From positions 124,001-188,000 of IMG/VR virus record IMGVR_UViG_3300043409_000928: a DNA stretch of 64,000 nt, one strand, 5' to 3'. Below, piece by piece: positions 1 to 9,716 of this stretch. How positions within the stretch are numbered: position 1 is the stretch's first letter; each line of letters opens with the position of its first letter. Both the position numbers and the translations under genes were made by a program. The notes under the pieces are model-generated. The model made no database searches. It saw only the letters and a program-made list of their open reading frames with translations, and was not told the origin of the DNA.

Positions 1-166
1 CGTTAACAATGGTGGTCTTACCTACACCGTTTCTAGCACCGTCGCCGCCTAAGTCTAAGTTATGCCCTAACACAAGAGTCAATCCATACTGATCCAGTAG
101 AAGGGCCTGGGTAACATTACCCACGCTCATGAAGTTTTTGATTGTTATATTTTTAAACTTGATCAA
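1..166 (-). CDS. 46: Recombination ATPase gp46 (Rad50/SbcC-like), N-terminal part; runs off the window
   Basis: Not in ORF track. TTG at 166 overlaps the gp47 stop (TTGA); manual translation MIKFKNITIKNFMSVGNVTQ...NGVGKTTIVN with Walker A. Confidence 0.9.
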   Translation of the reverse strand, partial: MIKFKNITIKNFMSVGNVTQALLLDQYGLTLVLGHNLDLGGDGARNGVGKTTIVN

Positions 167-1185
167 TGTGTAAGTCCTTGATAGATATGTGCCAGTATTT
201 GCTTATCAATTTGAGCAGAGTCAATTGCTTGTATCTGATTTAATACAATAGCATCAACTGATTCAAACTGTAGTTCGCCACCCTTCCATTCAGTTGAGTG
301 TTCTTCTTTCTTGGTTGGCATTAGACTAAGCTCTCGCATTCCATATTCGTTGACCCATTTTTCTTTAATATAGGTTGCTTCTTCAAACGAAATATCAACA
401 TCAATTGTAACACGGGCAAAAGTATGTTCATCAAACAAACTCTCATGTTTATCAATTGCATCTGTTAGTGTTAGTGTTCTAAATTTTGGGGCACTGGGCC
501 AGTTTTGGAATTCTGGTTGACCACCATATTCTAAAAACATGCAACCACGCTCGTCATCCCACGCATCGGCGTAGTTGTGCGGGAAACAATTTCCCATGTA
601 TACAACATTACCTCGCTTTTGTCGTTTATGAAAGTGTCCAGAAAATACAAGCTCTTGGTTGGGAAAGTGTCCTTCGTTCAATCCGCCATGGTCTGGCATT
701 TCTACCATGGCATTCATTTTAAAATGTGGAAGTTCAAAGTGTCCAAATACATAACGACTCTTTAACTTTTTCATGTTCTCCCATTCACTGCCAACAAGCC
801 AAGGAACAATTGTCATATCACCGATGGTTGTAATCTCATCAATCAAGTTAACATTGCTCAAGTGTCTAGCAAACGGGAGTGAGTTGATTTCACGCTTCTC
901 TCTATATGCCAAATCATGGTTACCCATAATAATGTATACCTGCTCAAAGTTTTCTGAAAGGTACTTGACATTTGAAGTAGTGTAGTTGAGTGTGCTCACA
1001 TTCACAGTGGATCTGTTGTTGTGCCAATCGCCAAGGAAGATGCAAGTTTCAGCACCTGCTCGTTTGGCTTCTTGGGTCATCCATTTTATAAAGTTCTCAC
1101 AATCATCATTGTGAGCTCTACTGTTGTTTCTTAAGCCAAAATGAATATCTGTAAAGCACACAGCTTTTTTAAAAGGTTGAGTCAT
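163..1185 (-). CDS. 47: Recombination nuclease gp47 (Mre11/SbcD metallophosphoesterase)
   Basis: Motifs FTDIHFG, LGDWH, GNHD, GHFE, SGHFH; adjacent to gp46. Confidence 0.92.
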   Translation of the reverse strand: MTQPFKKAVCFTDIHFGLRNNSRAHNDDCENFIKWMTQEAKRAGAETCIFLGDWHNNRSTVNVSTLNYTTSNVKYLSENFEQVYIIMGNHDLAYREKREINSLPFARHLSNVNLIDEITTIGDMTIVPWLVGSEWENMKKLKSRYVFGHFELPHFKMNAMVEMPDHGGLNEGHFPNQELVFSGHFHKRQKRGNVVYMGNCFPHNYADAWDDERGCMFLEYGGQPEFQNWPSAPKFRTLTLTDAIDKHESLFDEHTFARVTIDVDISFEEATYIKEKWVNEYGMRELSLMPTKKEEHSTEWKGGELQFESVDAIVLNQIQAIDSAQIDKQILAHIYQGLTH

Positions 1186-1190
1186 CAGTA

Positions 1191-1219
1191 ATTATAGCAT
1201 TTCTATTGTTGTAGGACAA
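1191..1219 (-). promoter_or_regulatory. sigma70-type promoter; -10 lies 5 nt from the gp47 ATG
   Basis: TTGTCC-17nt-TATAAT with TG extended -10. Confidence 0.65.
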
Positions 1220-1234
1220 TGACATATCTGCCCG

Positions 1235-1918
1235 TCATTGGTTTGATCCATAGTTGTATATACTCATTGTATATGTAGGATCTCTAAAAATTGCATTGGA
1301 GACTCTGATCTCCAATCTTGTCTTACCAGAATAAGCTTTAACTTGTGCAAATTTGGGATCAATAACAGATAGTACTTTCATTGACTTTTTTGTAAAAATA
1401 CAATCAGACTCTGTAAAATTTACTTGATCGCCGCCAACTTTAAAACCGGCCAACGAACAATTGAGTGCATTGTCTCGAAAAATTGTCAGCATGTAGTATT
1501 CTTTGACTGTGGATACTTTTTTGAACCATCCATCAACAAATAAATTCCATAAGGCCTGTTTATCTTTATTACCAAAGTCAACAGTTGATTTTTCTTGCAA
1601 TGCCAATGGTTGATACATGCTTGCTTCTGTGGTGTAGTTGCCAATAATTTGCATACTTTTGACATCACACTTGATGTTGTCACTCAAGCTGACATCAGCA
1701 ATACCTTTGCCGGCGCCACACCAAGTGGCATTGGCAATACTGTCAGCCACAGCGTATTCCCACAGTTCTTTTCCCATACTAAGCGGTCTGCCAATGGCAA
1801 CATTTTTTCTATAAGGTTGCAAGTATAAATCCATTTCAGACTGAAACGTATTAATAAATGCTGTACCTATTAGTTGTTGCAATTCAGTTACAGCCAATGG
1901 GGTTAAGTAATACGCCAT
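1235..1918 (-). CDS. PD-(D/E)xK nuclease, restriction endonuclease-like
   Basis: ELWE helix followed by IADV-x6-CDVKS, a D...DxK catalytic pattern. Confidence 0.5.
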   Translation of the reverse strand: MAYYLTPLAVTELQQLIGTAFINTFQSEMDLYLQPYRKNVAIGRPLSMGKELWEYAVADSIANATWCGAGKGIADVSLSDNIKCDVKSMQIIGNYTTEASMYQPLALQEKSTVDFGNKDKQALWNLFVDGWFKKVSTVKEYYMLTIFRDNALNCSLAGFKVGGDQVNFTESDCIFTKKSMKVLSVIDPKFAQVKAYSGKTRLEIRVSNAIFRDPTYTMSIYNYGSNQ

Positions 1919-1924
1919 CTACTG

Positions 1925-2119
1925 TTAGATCATTTCTGCTAACGTGATACGACAGCGAGATAGTTCATCTTTGACAAATAACTTTTTCTTCTTAAGAGTA
2001 CGTGCAACAGGAGTATCATTTTGATGATGCTGTTCTAAAATTGATAGCTGTCTCTCAAGGTTGACGTGAAAGTCTTCCAAGTGATCAATATGTTTTTTTA
2101 AACTGTCTGGATGATGCAT
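1925..2119 (-). CDS. DUF465/YdcH-like small coiled-coil protein
   Basis: C-terminal LKKKKLFVKDEL motif. Confidence 0.6.
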   Translation of the reverse strand: MHHPDSLKKHIDHLEDFHVNLERQLSILEQHHQNDTPVARTLKKKKLFVKDELSRCRITLAEMI

Positions 2120-2121
2120 TG

Positions 2122-2493
2122 TTACTCCTTCTTTAAAAATGATGTAAGATTAGGAGGTACCCAGCCTAGTGGCTTAAGGACCTTACCGTCTTCACGCTTA
2201 CGAACTTTACCAGTCTCTCGATCAATCTTGGCAAAGTTTGTGCTCATAACTTCTTTCCATGCCCCTTCACTATCAGCACCAAAACTATGAATGGCACCTA
2301 TTGTTACAACCAGAATGTCTATAAGTGCATCCAATTGTTCTACACGGTCATCTGATAATGTAGCTTCCAATAATTCCTGATGTTCTTCGTCAATGAGTTT
2401 AACATACATTGCATACTGTAGTTCATTAAATGAGTCTACAGTTTGATCACAGGCTCGCATAAACTTTTCTTGATCACGAAACGGGTTTGTCAT
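2122..2493 (-). CDS. MazG-like NTP pyrophosphohydrolase
   Basis: EEHQEL...DALIDILVV acidic motif; C-terminal KREDGKVLKP. Confidence 0.8.
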   Translation of the reverse strand: MTNPFRDQEKFMRACDQTVDSFNELQYAMYVKLIDEEHQELLEATLSDDRVEQLDALIDILVVTIGAIHSFGADSEGAWKEVMSTNFAKIDRETGKVRKREDGKVLKPLGWVPPNLTSFLKKE

Positions 2494-3479
2494 TATACTT
2501 CTTCCTTATCCTCTAAAACAATTTCAGTAAGTTCAATATCTGCATCTGGATCAATTTCTAGATCCTTGTTGGCTTCTGCCAAAGCCTCTTCAACTTTAAG
2601 AGCATTAAGTCTTTCAACTTCAGCATGATGATGCTGTGAACTTTCCATTTGTCTTGTCCAACTTGGCATCTGTCCTGAATCTTGTAGCATGTCGTCTCGA
2701 ATGTCTCGTTGACGCTTTTCTACATTAAGCACACGGGTAAAGCTATTGGTCACAGCGGCAGTATAATAAGCAAACGGATTTTGACTTTTACCTTCATCAA
2801 ACTGTAGTGCAATTTGTGTCAGCTGAATCAATGCCTGTCCACGCATTTCATCTACATAGCTATATCCGCGCCAGTTGCTTCGTAAACTATAACGCTCACA
2901 CAGCTTTAGAAACATTGCGCCAAGACGATTTGTAATTTGTCCGTGGTCAACACTGAACTCTCCAGTTTGTAAGTCTCCCTTCCAATGACTACGCAACACT
3001 TCACGCCATGTACCATCTTCATCAATGACAAAATGTTTAAATGGAGGAAAGTTTACTTTACTGCGATGATCAGCAAGACTCTTAGGATTATTTTTGCGGC
3101 CTGGTGCCAGCGGGATATGGTCAAAAGTCATTAACCGTACTACAAGATCAGCAGTGGGAATCTTTTTAGCTAAAATTTCAGACTCGTCTGCTTTTGGCTT
3201 AATACTGGCTTTGCCGCCTGCGGCTTCCCAAGCGGCCAATGCCGCTTTGTGTGCTTCTGAGGAAAGTCTATTTGCTCTAGCCGCTTTGGCCAGATTAACA
3301 GCACCTTCAGGACAGGCCTTAGTTTTTCTATTATGAAAACTTTTCAATTCGTATAGAATGTAATCGTATTGCTGATATTCCGGACTGGCAATCCAGCAAT
3401 ATTTCATTTTACTACGATGTATTTCTGCTAAAATGTCTTTATTTTTAAGATAAACAACTTTTACTTTTTCTTCTGTCAC
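2493..3479 (-). CDS. 55: Late-transcription sigma factor, T4 gp55-like
   Basis: NWRGYSYVDEM...FDEGKSQNPFAYYT motifs typical of gp55; GTG start with AGGAG RBS. Confidence 0.85.
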   Translation of the reverse strand: MTEEKVKVVYLKNKDILAEIHRSKMKYCWIASPEYQQYDYILYELKSFHNRKTKACPEGAVNLAKAARANRLSSEAHKAALAAWEAAGGKASIKPKADESEILAKKIPTADLVVRLMTFDHIPLAPGRKNNPKSLADHRSKVNFPPFKHFVIDEDGTWREVLRSHWKGDLQTGEFSVDHGQITNRLGAMFLKLCERYSLRSNWRGYSYVDEMRGQALIQLTQIALQFDEGKSQNPFAYYTAAVTNSFTRVLNVEKRQRDIRDDMLQDSGQMPSWTRQMESSQHHHAEVERLNALKVEEALAEANKDLEIDPDADIELTEIVLEDKEEV

Positions 3480-3498
3480 AGGTAGCTCCTTATTAGTA

Positions 3499-3527
3499 AG
3501 TATAGCAGATTCAGTTCACCTTGTCAA
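3499..3527 (-). promoter_or_regulatory. sigma70 promoter for gp55
   Basis: TTGACA-17nt-TATACT with TG extended -10. Confidence 0.85.
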
Positions 3528-3555
3528 TGGTAAAGTACCTAGATAATTCAAACGG

Positions 3556-3561
3556 TAAATA
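3556..3561 (+). promoter_or_regulatory. Late promoter motif TAAATA, 5 nt before ATG 3567
   Basis: Core of the T4 late promoter TATAAATA at the head of the structural operon. Confidence 0.7.
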
Positions 3562-3566
3562 GGTGT

Positions 3567-4214
3567 ATGAAGATTACTGATCTAGCACCCCGTATCATTG
3601 CCGTATATGCTGGCCGCTTTCACCCATTTCACCATGGACATGCGGAAGTTTTTCGCGAACTTGCAAGTAAGTTTGGCATTAACAATACTTACATCACCAC
3701 TAGCGGCAAGGTAGACCCGAATAAGAGTCCGTTTTCATTTGATGAAAAGAAAATAATGATGCAGGCCGCTGGCGTACCAGCAGGCAATGTTGTTGAAGAA
3801 ATTGTTCCGTATGCGCCAGTTAATCTTCCACAAAAATTGACAGCAGATCCCAATAGAGATATCATGGTATTTGGTGTAGGGCAAAAGGACATGGCCGAAG
3901 ATCCTAGATTTGCATTTACCCCACTAAAAGATGGAACAGCCAGTTTCTTTCAAAAGTACACAGGTAAAAACATGATGCCGTTCAGCAATAAGAAAAATGA
4001 TGATGGTACCCGAGCCGGCCACGGATATGTAATACCTGTGGCCGATGTTGAATTCAGCATTGCTGGTAAAAAGATAAACAGCGCAAGTCAAATTAGAGAG
4101 TTGTATAAGTCTGCTGATGTGGAGCAACGATTGCAAATTTTAAATGAGCTATACCCCAACGGTGGCGCAAAAGTTAATAGTATCAAACGTATCTTTGATG
4201 CTAAACTAGGATAA
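3567..4214 (+). CDS. HIGH-motif nucleotidyltransferase (cytidylyltransferase-like)
   Basis: YAGRFHPFHHGH and SASQIR motifs. Confidence 0.75.
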   Translation: MKITDLAPRIIAVYAGRFHPFHHGHAEVFRELASKFGINNTYITTSGKVDPNKSPFSFDEKKIMMQAAGVPAGNVVEEIVPYAPVNLPQKLTADPNRDIMVFGVGQKDMAEDPRFAFTPLKDGTASFFQKYTGKNMMPFSNKKNDDGTRAGHGYVIPVADVEFSIAGKKINSASQIRELYKSADVEQRLQILNELYPNGGAKVNSIKRIFDAKLG

Positions 4215-4218
4215 CGCC

Positions 4219-4851
4219 GTGGCAAAATTAGGCTCTCAAGTTACACTTGAATTCAAAGCATTTGCAGATATGGGCACAAGAGATGCCAGTGGTCGAATGA
4301 CTGGTGAAAACGACGAACGATCACCCACTTACAAAAAAAATGAAAAGCACATTCTGACATGGCCAAGTACACCTAAGATTGCACAGTCAATTGAAGTTAA
4401 TTACAGTACTTGGGAATTACAACATACCAACTACCAGCCAAGCGCATTTGGTAATCGTTCAACACCTATTGTTACCATCAGTGGGCAGTGGTTCAGCCGA
4501 GACATAGCCGAGGCAACAGCAACATTACAGGCTATTCATTTACTGCGCTCAGCAACAAGTATGTTCTATGGTCGCGAAGATCCTAAGAAAGGAACTCCTC
4601 CCCCAATTGGAAGATTAAATGCTCACGGACTGTATAATAACACCCCGGTGGTGATAAAAACATTTCAATATGATTTTCCAAACGATGTTGATTATATCAC
4701 AGTACCTATGTTTAGTAGTAACCAAAGTGTTCCTGTGCTATTTGAAATGAGTATAAGCTTGATTGTGCAAATTAACAGTATTGATACTGTTAAAAATTAT
4801 ACACTTGAAAAATTTGTTAAAGGTGATTTACTTGGCGAAGGGTACATTTAA
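4219..4851 (+). CDS. Putative baseplate/tail-tube initiator protein
   Basis: GTG start; position directly before gp53; beta-rich sequence. Confidence 0.45.
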   Translation: MAKLGSQVTLEFKAFADMGTRDASGRMTGENDERSPTYKKNEKHILTWPSTPKIAQSIEVNYSTWELQHTNYQPSAFGNRSTPIVTISGQWFSRDIAEATATLQAIHLLRSATSMFYGREDPKKGTPPPIGRLNAHGLYNNTPVVIKTFQYDFPNDVDYITVPMFSSNQSVPVLFEMSISLIVQINSIDTVKNYTLEKFVKGDLLGEGYI

Positions 4852-4857
4852 AATATT

Positions 4858-5157
4858 ATGGCAACCACAGGATTAAACCAATACTCGGATACCCGCATTA
4901 CAGATTTTTATTTAAATCTTGCAAAATTGCCAACAGCCGATGATTTGCTTGCTGGCAAGACTGCACAATTTATAACAGTTGAGCCTAGGTTTCAACACAG
5001 ATTAGATTTACTAAGTCACTCCATATACGGTACCAGCGCATACTGGTGGGTAATTGCATTGTTAAACAGAAACCAGTTACAAGATCCCATTAGAGATTTG
5101 AAAACAGGCATGGTACTAAGAGTATTGTCATCGAGTGATATCAAAGGGGCTATTTAA
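4858..5157 (+). CDS. 53: Baseplate wedge protein gp53-like (LysM-like)
   Basis: RLDLLSHSIYGTSAYWWVIALLN...G.VLRV. Confidence 0.75.
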   Translation: MATTGLNQYSDTRITDFYLNLAKLPTADDLLAGKTAQFITVEPRFQHRLDLLSHSIYGTSAYWWVIALLNRNQLQDPIRDLKTGMVLRVLSSSDIKGAI

Positions 5158-7496
5158 TGGCCGCACCAAAACCAACATACAATGATGATATTGGTTTACC
5201 AGACATTCATTACAACCCTTTACAAAATTATCGTAATGTAACCTATAACACCAGGTTAACAATGATGCCGGCCAAAGAAGCCACACTTGAAAGACCATTA
5301 CGCTCGTATGATTTCAAGAAAGGAATCATCATGTGGGAAACTGGTGGAGCAGGCACAGTATTCTTAGAAGAACTGCAGGTTGAAACAGTTGGCACAGGCT
5401 CAGCAACCGGAGCATACGCTTCGCAACAGTTCCATAATTTTAGTGGTAAACTAGTTGAGCCAATTGGTGGAAGATTTATAGAAGCATTAAGTTTAGGAGC
5501 ACTGACATTAGGCTATGCAAATAACTCTGGTGCAGTCTATTTGTTTGAAATATACTTTAGCGGATATAATCCTGATTCAGACATGCCCGAACAATGTAAA
5601 GGTTGGGATGGTGAGGAACTGATATTCCGATGGTATGTAACACTTAAAGAACTCAAAATGAAACTGGACTACAAAGGTAGTACCTATGACTTTACTATGT
5701 TCGTGTCTACAGCAGAGGCAGGCCTAAGTGACCACACCCACTTAGAACAAGGTTTTAAAATGGAAGGTAGTCCCAACACCATTGGCGAATTTTGTACAAA
5801 ACTTGAAAAAGCATTGAATGACAGAGAAAAAGAAAAGGTCAAGTCTCAACAAAGATGTCACGCACATGTCTATAAAATTTCAGCACATAAAGAAATTGCA
5901 AACTTAAAATATGACTATGGTCTATTTTCGTTGAATACATTGTCCTTTGGAATGTACAAGGGACAAATACAAGTTCCGTCTGGCACCACAATACAAAGTT
6001 TTGTATTAAGTTCTATGCCAAACAGCAAAGATATTTTAAAATTTTTGCATAAGGTTCCTGAGAAAAAAGATTTCAACAGCACAAATACTAAAAAAGATAC
6101 AATGCATCTGATTGCAAAAAACTTTAGTATCATCTCTGGTTCAAAGGACCTTGAAAAGGGAGGCAATCCTTTATTTGACAATAGGATTGGCACAACCGCC
6201 AAAGAAGTACACTATTTCATAACAACCAAAGAAGATGCAAAAAATGTTATTGGTCCACAAGAATACGAAGATGCATGGGAAACTACCAACAGAGACAAGC
6301 GAGTTGATAATTGGATTAAAAAAGGTCTTCTAAGAAAAGTATACAAGTGGATTTACACAGGTGAAAACACAGAAGTTATCAATTGTGATATCAAACTAGA
6401 CTACCTATGGAGAACAGTTCGACCACTGTGGCTGGACAAAGATGGCAATCCGGTATCGGCACAAGCTCAACAGCCGGCAGCAAAAGCATCTAAAGGCGGC
6501 TCCCCTGCACCAGTGGCATGTATAGATGCAAGATCGGTACAAGCATTTAACGACGGCAAATCGCAGTTGTATGTTGAAGACATGCCGTACAAAGAAGGGC
6601 AAGATTTGGATATTAATCCTAAAAAAGGTTGGTATCCACACATGCCACAAACTTCGATTGTTAACACCACTGTCCAAGAAGGTAGTGGACAAGGTGCTCT
6701 GTCACCACAGAGCGCCACGGAATATAGTGTGTTTAGGCAACTTGGTAATGGTCAAGCAACCGGTGTTGAAGACATGTTTCAAATAACCCTGGAGGTAGTT
6801 GGTGATCCGTATTGGCTATTTCAAATACCAGGAAAGCCAGGAGCCGCACCCTGGGAAGAAGATGTGTGGGAATACGAAAAAGAACAGTTAACTGAAGATA
6901 TGATGGCAGAGAAAAGAAAGAAAACTGCCAGCCATAACTGGTTGCCTTTTATCTACTTTCAAGCACAGGCACCTTCTGCTGATTTAACAGCAGACGACCT
7001 AATGAATCTTCGCAAAGCAGATGCAATTACTGGAATATTTTCAGCTAAGAAAGTAACAAATAAATTTGTAAAAGGTAAATTCACAACCACACTAGAGTGC
7101 TTTAGAGATCAGTTGTCAAATCCTTGGGGTAAAACAAGTAAGAAATCAACTAGTAGTTCGTTTACACCAAAGTCCGGCGCCGGCGAAGCATCAGCAACTG
7201 GCCCAACTAATGCCAGTCCGCCCAACCCAAGTGGTACATATGATCCAAACAGAAATGATGGTGGCACCGCTTACCAACCAGGCGAACGGGAGTATGCACA
7301 ACAGTCGGCCGCGGCCGGTAATTTAAGAGAAGCAGAACGAGTTCGATCGGGTGCCACCACTACAGTAATAGGGCAGGTACCTGTAGAGCAAGTACCTGCA
7401 GGAAGCCCAGTCACTGGCAATCAAAATCCGGGGGTTCCTGCAACTAGAACTGCACCGCCCACTGAAGCTGAAATCCGGCGCAGATACGGAAACTAA
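5157..7496 (+). CDS. Putative baseplate hub/tail protein
   Basis: Lies between gp53 and gp5; LEVVGDPYWL and KGKFTTTL hub-like motifs; low-complexity C-terminus. Confidence 0.55.
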   Translation: MAAPKPTYNDDIGLPDIHYNPLQNYRNVTYNTRLTMMPAKEATLERPLRSYDFKKGIIMWETGGAGTVFLEELQVETVGTGSATGAYASQQFHNFSGKLVEPIGGRFIEALSLGALTLGYANNSGAVYLFEIYFSGYNPDSDMPEQCKGWDGEELIFRWYVTLKELKMKLDYKGSTYDFTMFVSTAEAGLSDHTHLEQGFKMEGSPNTIGEFCTKLEKALNDREKEKVKSQQRCHAHVYKISAHKEIANLKYDYGLFSLNTLSFGMYKGQIQVPSGTTIQSFVLSSMPNSKDILKFLHKVPEKKDFNSTNTKKDTMHLIAKNFSIISGSKDLEKGGNPLFDNRIGTTAKEVHYFITTKEDAKNVIGPQEYEDAWETTNRDKRVDNWIKKGLLRKVYKWIYTGENTEVINCDIKLDYLWRTVRPLWLDKDGNPVSAQAQQPAAKASKGGSPAPVACIDARSVQAFNDGKSQLYVEDMPYKEGQDLDINPKKGWYPHMPQTSIVNTTVQEGSGQGALSPQSATEYSVFRQLGNGQATGVEDMFQITLEVVGDPYWLFQIPGKPGAAPWEEDVWEYEKEQLTEDMMAEKRKKTASHNWLPFIYFQAQAPSADLTADDLMNLRKADAITGIFSAKKVTNKFVKGKFTTTLECFRDQLSNPWGKTSKKSTSSSFTPKSGAGEASATGPTNASPPNPSGTYDPNRNDGGTAYQPGEREYAQQSAAAGNLREAERVRSGATTTVIGQVPVEQVPAGSPVTGNQNPGVPATRTAPPTEAEIRRRYGN

Positions 7497-7499
7497 CAA

Positions 7500-9677
7500 A
7501 TGGCAAGAGCAACCTCATCCGGCAATAAATTAAGCCATCAAAATTCATCAAGTGCAGGTGCTGGAAATAAACAGCACGGCATTTTTGTTGGCAAGGTTAA
7601 AGAAAACATAGATCCCAAAGGCCTTGGGCGTTTGCAAGTATGGATTCCGCAACTTAGTGCAGTTGGCGAAGCAGATAAAACTGGTTGGTTTACTGTTCGT
7701 TATTGTCCTCCAATGGCCGGCGCCGGTGACGAAGGCGGTGAAGCAAAGGCCAACGATGCAACAAAGTACAAGCAAACAAATCAAAGTTATGGAATGTGGA
7801 TGGTTCCACCTGACAAGAATGTACAGGTAATTTGTGGATTTTTAAATGGTGATATACACCAAGGTATATGGTGGGCATGTATGCCGCCAGACGGACATAC
7901 CCATGCATTGCCTGGTATTGCATCAGGCAGTACACACGAAGGTGCAGTATTACCTGTAGCCGAGCGTAATAGATATAATAATGCAGATCCGCAAAATGAA
8001 AATCGTCCGGAGCATATTGTTAGCAATGTTATTAAAGGACAAGGTCTAGAAAAAGATAGACAGCGTGGCCATACTAATGCAGGCCCGTTTAGAAATGCCG
8101 CAAAGCACACAGGCAAAGCCTATGGAGTACTAACACCTGGACAGCACCAGTTTGTTATGGATGATGGGCCAGATGGTCACAGCGGTCAAATTAGATTGCG
8201 TACACAAAGCGGTAACAGTATTATCATGGATAACAACTGTGGCTTCATTTATGTTATTAATGCCAATGGTAGTGCATGGTTGCAACTGGATAAAAAAGGT
8301 AACATTGACTTTTACGCGGCCGGCGACTTTAGTGTCAATGCAGAAGGCAGTATTAACCTAAGAGCAAGTGAAAATATTAACCTAGATGCCGGTATCAACA
8401 TTAATGCTGGCGCGGTTAAGAATTTCAACCTGGAAGCATGTGAAATTTTTAATGCAACTGGCACAACTGGAATGCGTTTGAGTACAGCACAAAACATGAA
8501 CATATATGCAGATAGCCAGGTTAAAGTAACGGGACAACGAATTGATTTGAATGGCCCAATTGCAGATCGTGCCACTCTTCCAACGCCAAATGCATTGATA
8601 ACAAATAGTACAGTGGGCAAGAGCATAGCTGGCCGTGTTCCAGAAGCAGAGCCGTACGGAGGACACGACTGTCGAAATCAAGGTGAACAGCCAACCGCCG
8701 CACCCGGAAGCGCAGGTGTACCAGATTCCGTGATTGAACCAGCAAAGGAAAGTTATGAAGACACGCCTGCACCAACAGAAACAAATGCAATTGATTGTGT
8801 ACCTGAACCTACACAGTCAAGACTAAGCGATGATGGATTTAAGATTCTAAAAAGCCGTGAAGCCTATCGAGGAATGATGTATAGCGATGTACAAGGACAA
8901 AGTATTGGTTACGGCATACGCTTGGATATTTTTGGTCCAAATGGTGGCGGCAAAATTGATTCTGATTTAAAACAAGCCCTAGGCGCAGGCCCGAGCGAAG
9001 CCGAAGCAAGACTGGCCAGCCGTCAGATTCTTGATAGAGAAAACACACCAAGGGTAATGCGAGCAATAGAAAAAGCCAAAGCCGGTAAAAATGCTTGTTT
9101 AACACAATCACAAATTGATGCTCTGATCATGGCATCATATGGCAGTCCAGTAAATGCAGATAAGATGGCGTTGGCACTAGTAGATGCGGCCGCCAGTCGA
9201 CCAGATGGCAAAGCCACCAACGAAGACATTGCTAAAATTTGGGCAAATACCCCATATAATAACGATAGCAAAACTAGAAATAGTGATGCAAAATATGCAA
9301 TGACTGGCAAGCCAAATCCAGATACAGTAATTAAGGAACCTGAAAAACTTCGAAATGAAGGAACTTCAATTGATCAACGAAATTACAAGAGCAACAAATG
9401 TCAGTTGCCAGCAGATACAAGTGCATGGAAAACTCCATACGGTAACGGTGGCGCATGGGCGGCCAGCACTGGCAACGCATATGGTCCACCTTCAACCGTA
9501 CACCAAGGCCAATTTGAGCGCAGTCAATATCTAAATACAGGCAATGTACCATACGGTTCTAGCTTGACAGTACAGCAATTGCGGGACAAGTACGGAGCAC
9601 CACACCTAGGGGGTAACTATCCACCAGGTGCAAATACAAAAGTAGCAGGTAATGCATCCAACAGCAATGTTGGTTAA
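7500..9677 (+). CDS. 5: gp5/VgrG-like baseplate spike with C-terminal lysozyme-like domain
   Basis: OB fold GIFVGKVKENIDPKGLGRLQVWIP; beta-helix repeats; REAYRGMMYSDVQGQSIGYG GH24-like motif. Confidence 0.8.
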   Translation: MARATSSGNKLSHQNSSSAGAGNKQHGIFVGKVKENIDPKGLGRLQVWIPQLSAVGEADKTGWFTVRYCPPMAGAGDEGGEAKANDATKYKQTNQSYGMWMVPPDKNVQVICGFLNGDIHQGIWWACMPPDGHTHALPGIASGSTHEGAVLPVAERNRYNNADPQNENRPEHIVSNVIKGQGLEKDRQRGHTNAGPFRNAAKHTGKAYGVLTPGQHQFVMDDGPDGHSGQIRLRTQSGNSIIMDNNCGFIYVINANGSAWLQLDKKGNIDFYAAGDFSVNAEGSINLRASENINLDAGININAGAVKNFNLEACEIFNATGTTGMRLSTAQNMNIYADSQVKVTGQRIDLNGPIADRATLPTPNALITNSTVGKSIAGRVPEAEPYGGHDCRNQGEQPTAAPGSAGVPDSVIEPAKESYEDTPAPTETNAIDCVPEPTQSRLSDDGFKILKSREAYRGMMYSDVQGQSIGYGIRLDIFGPNGGGKIDSDLKQALGAGPSEAEARLASRQILDRENTPRVMRAIEKAKAGKNACLTQSQIDALIMASYGSPVNADKMALALVDAAASRPDGKATNEDIAKIWANTPYNNDSKTRNSDAKYAMTGKPNPDTVIKEPEKLRNEGTSIDQRNYKSNKCQLPADTSAWKTPYGNGGAWAASTGNAYGPPSTVHQGQFERSQYLNTGNVPYGSSLTVQQLRDKYGAPHLGGNYPPGANTKVAGNASNSNVG

Positions 9678-9705
9678 CGATAAAACCCAGCTTTATTGAT
9701 ATTGG

Positions 9706-9711
9706 TAAATA
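9706..9711 (+). promoter_or_regulatory. Late promoter motif TAAATA, 5 nt before ATG 9717
   Basis: ggTAAATAggcttATG. Confidence 0.65.
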
Positions 9712-9716
9712 GGCTT

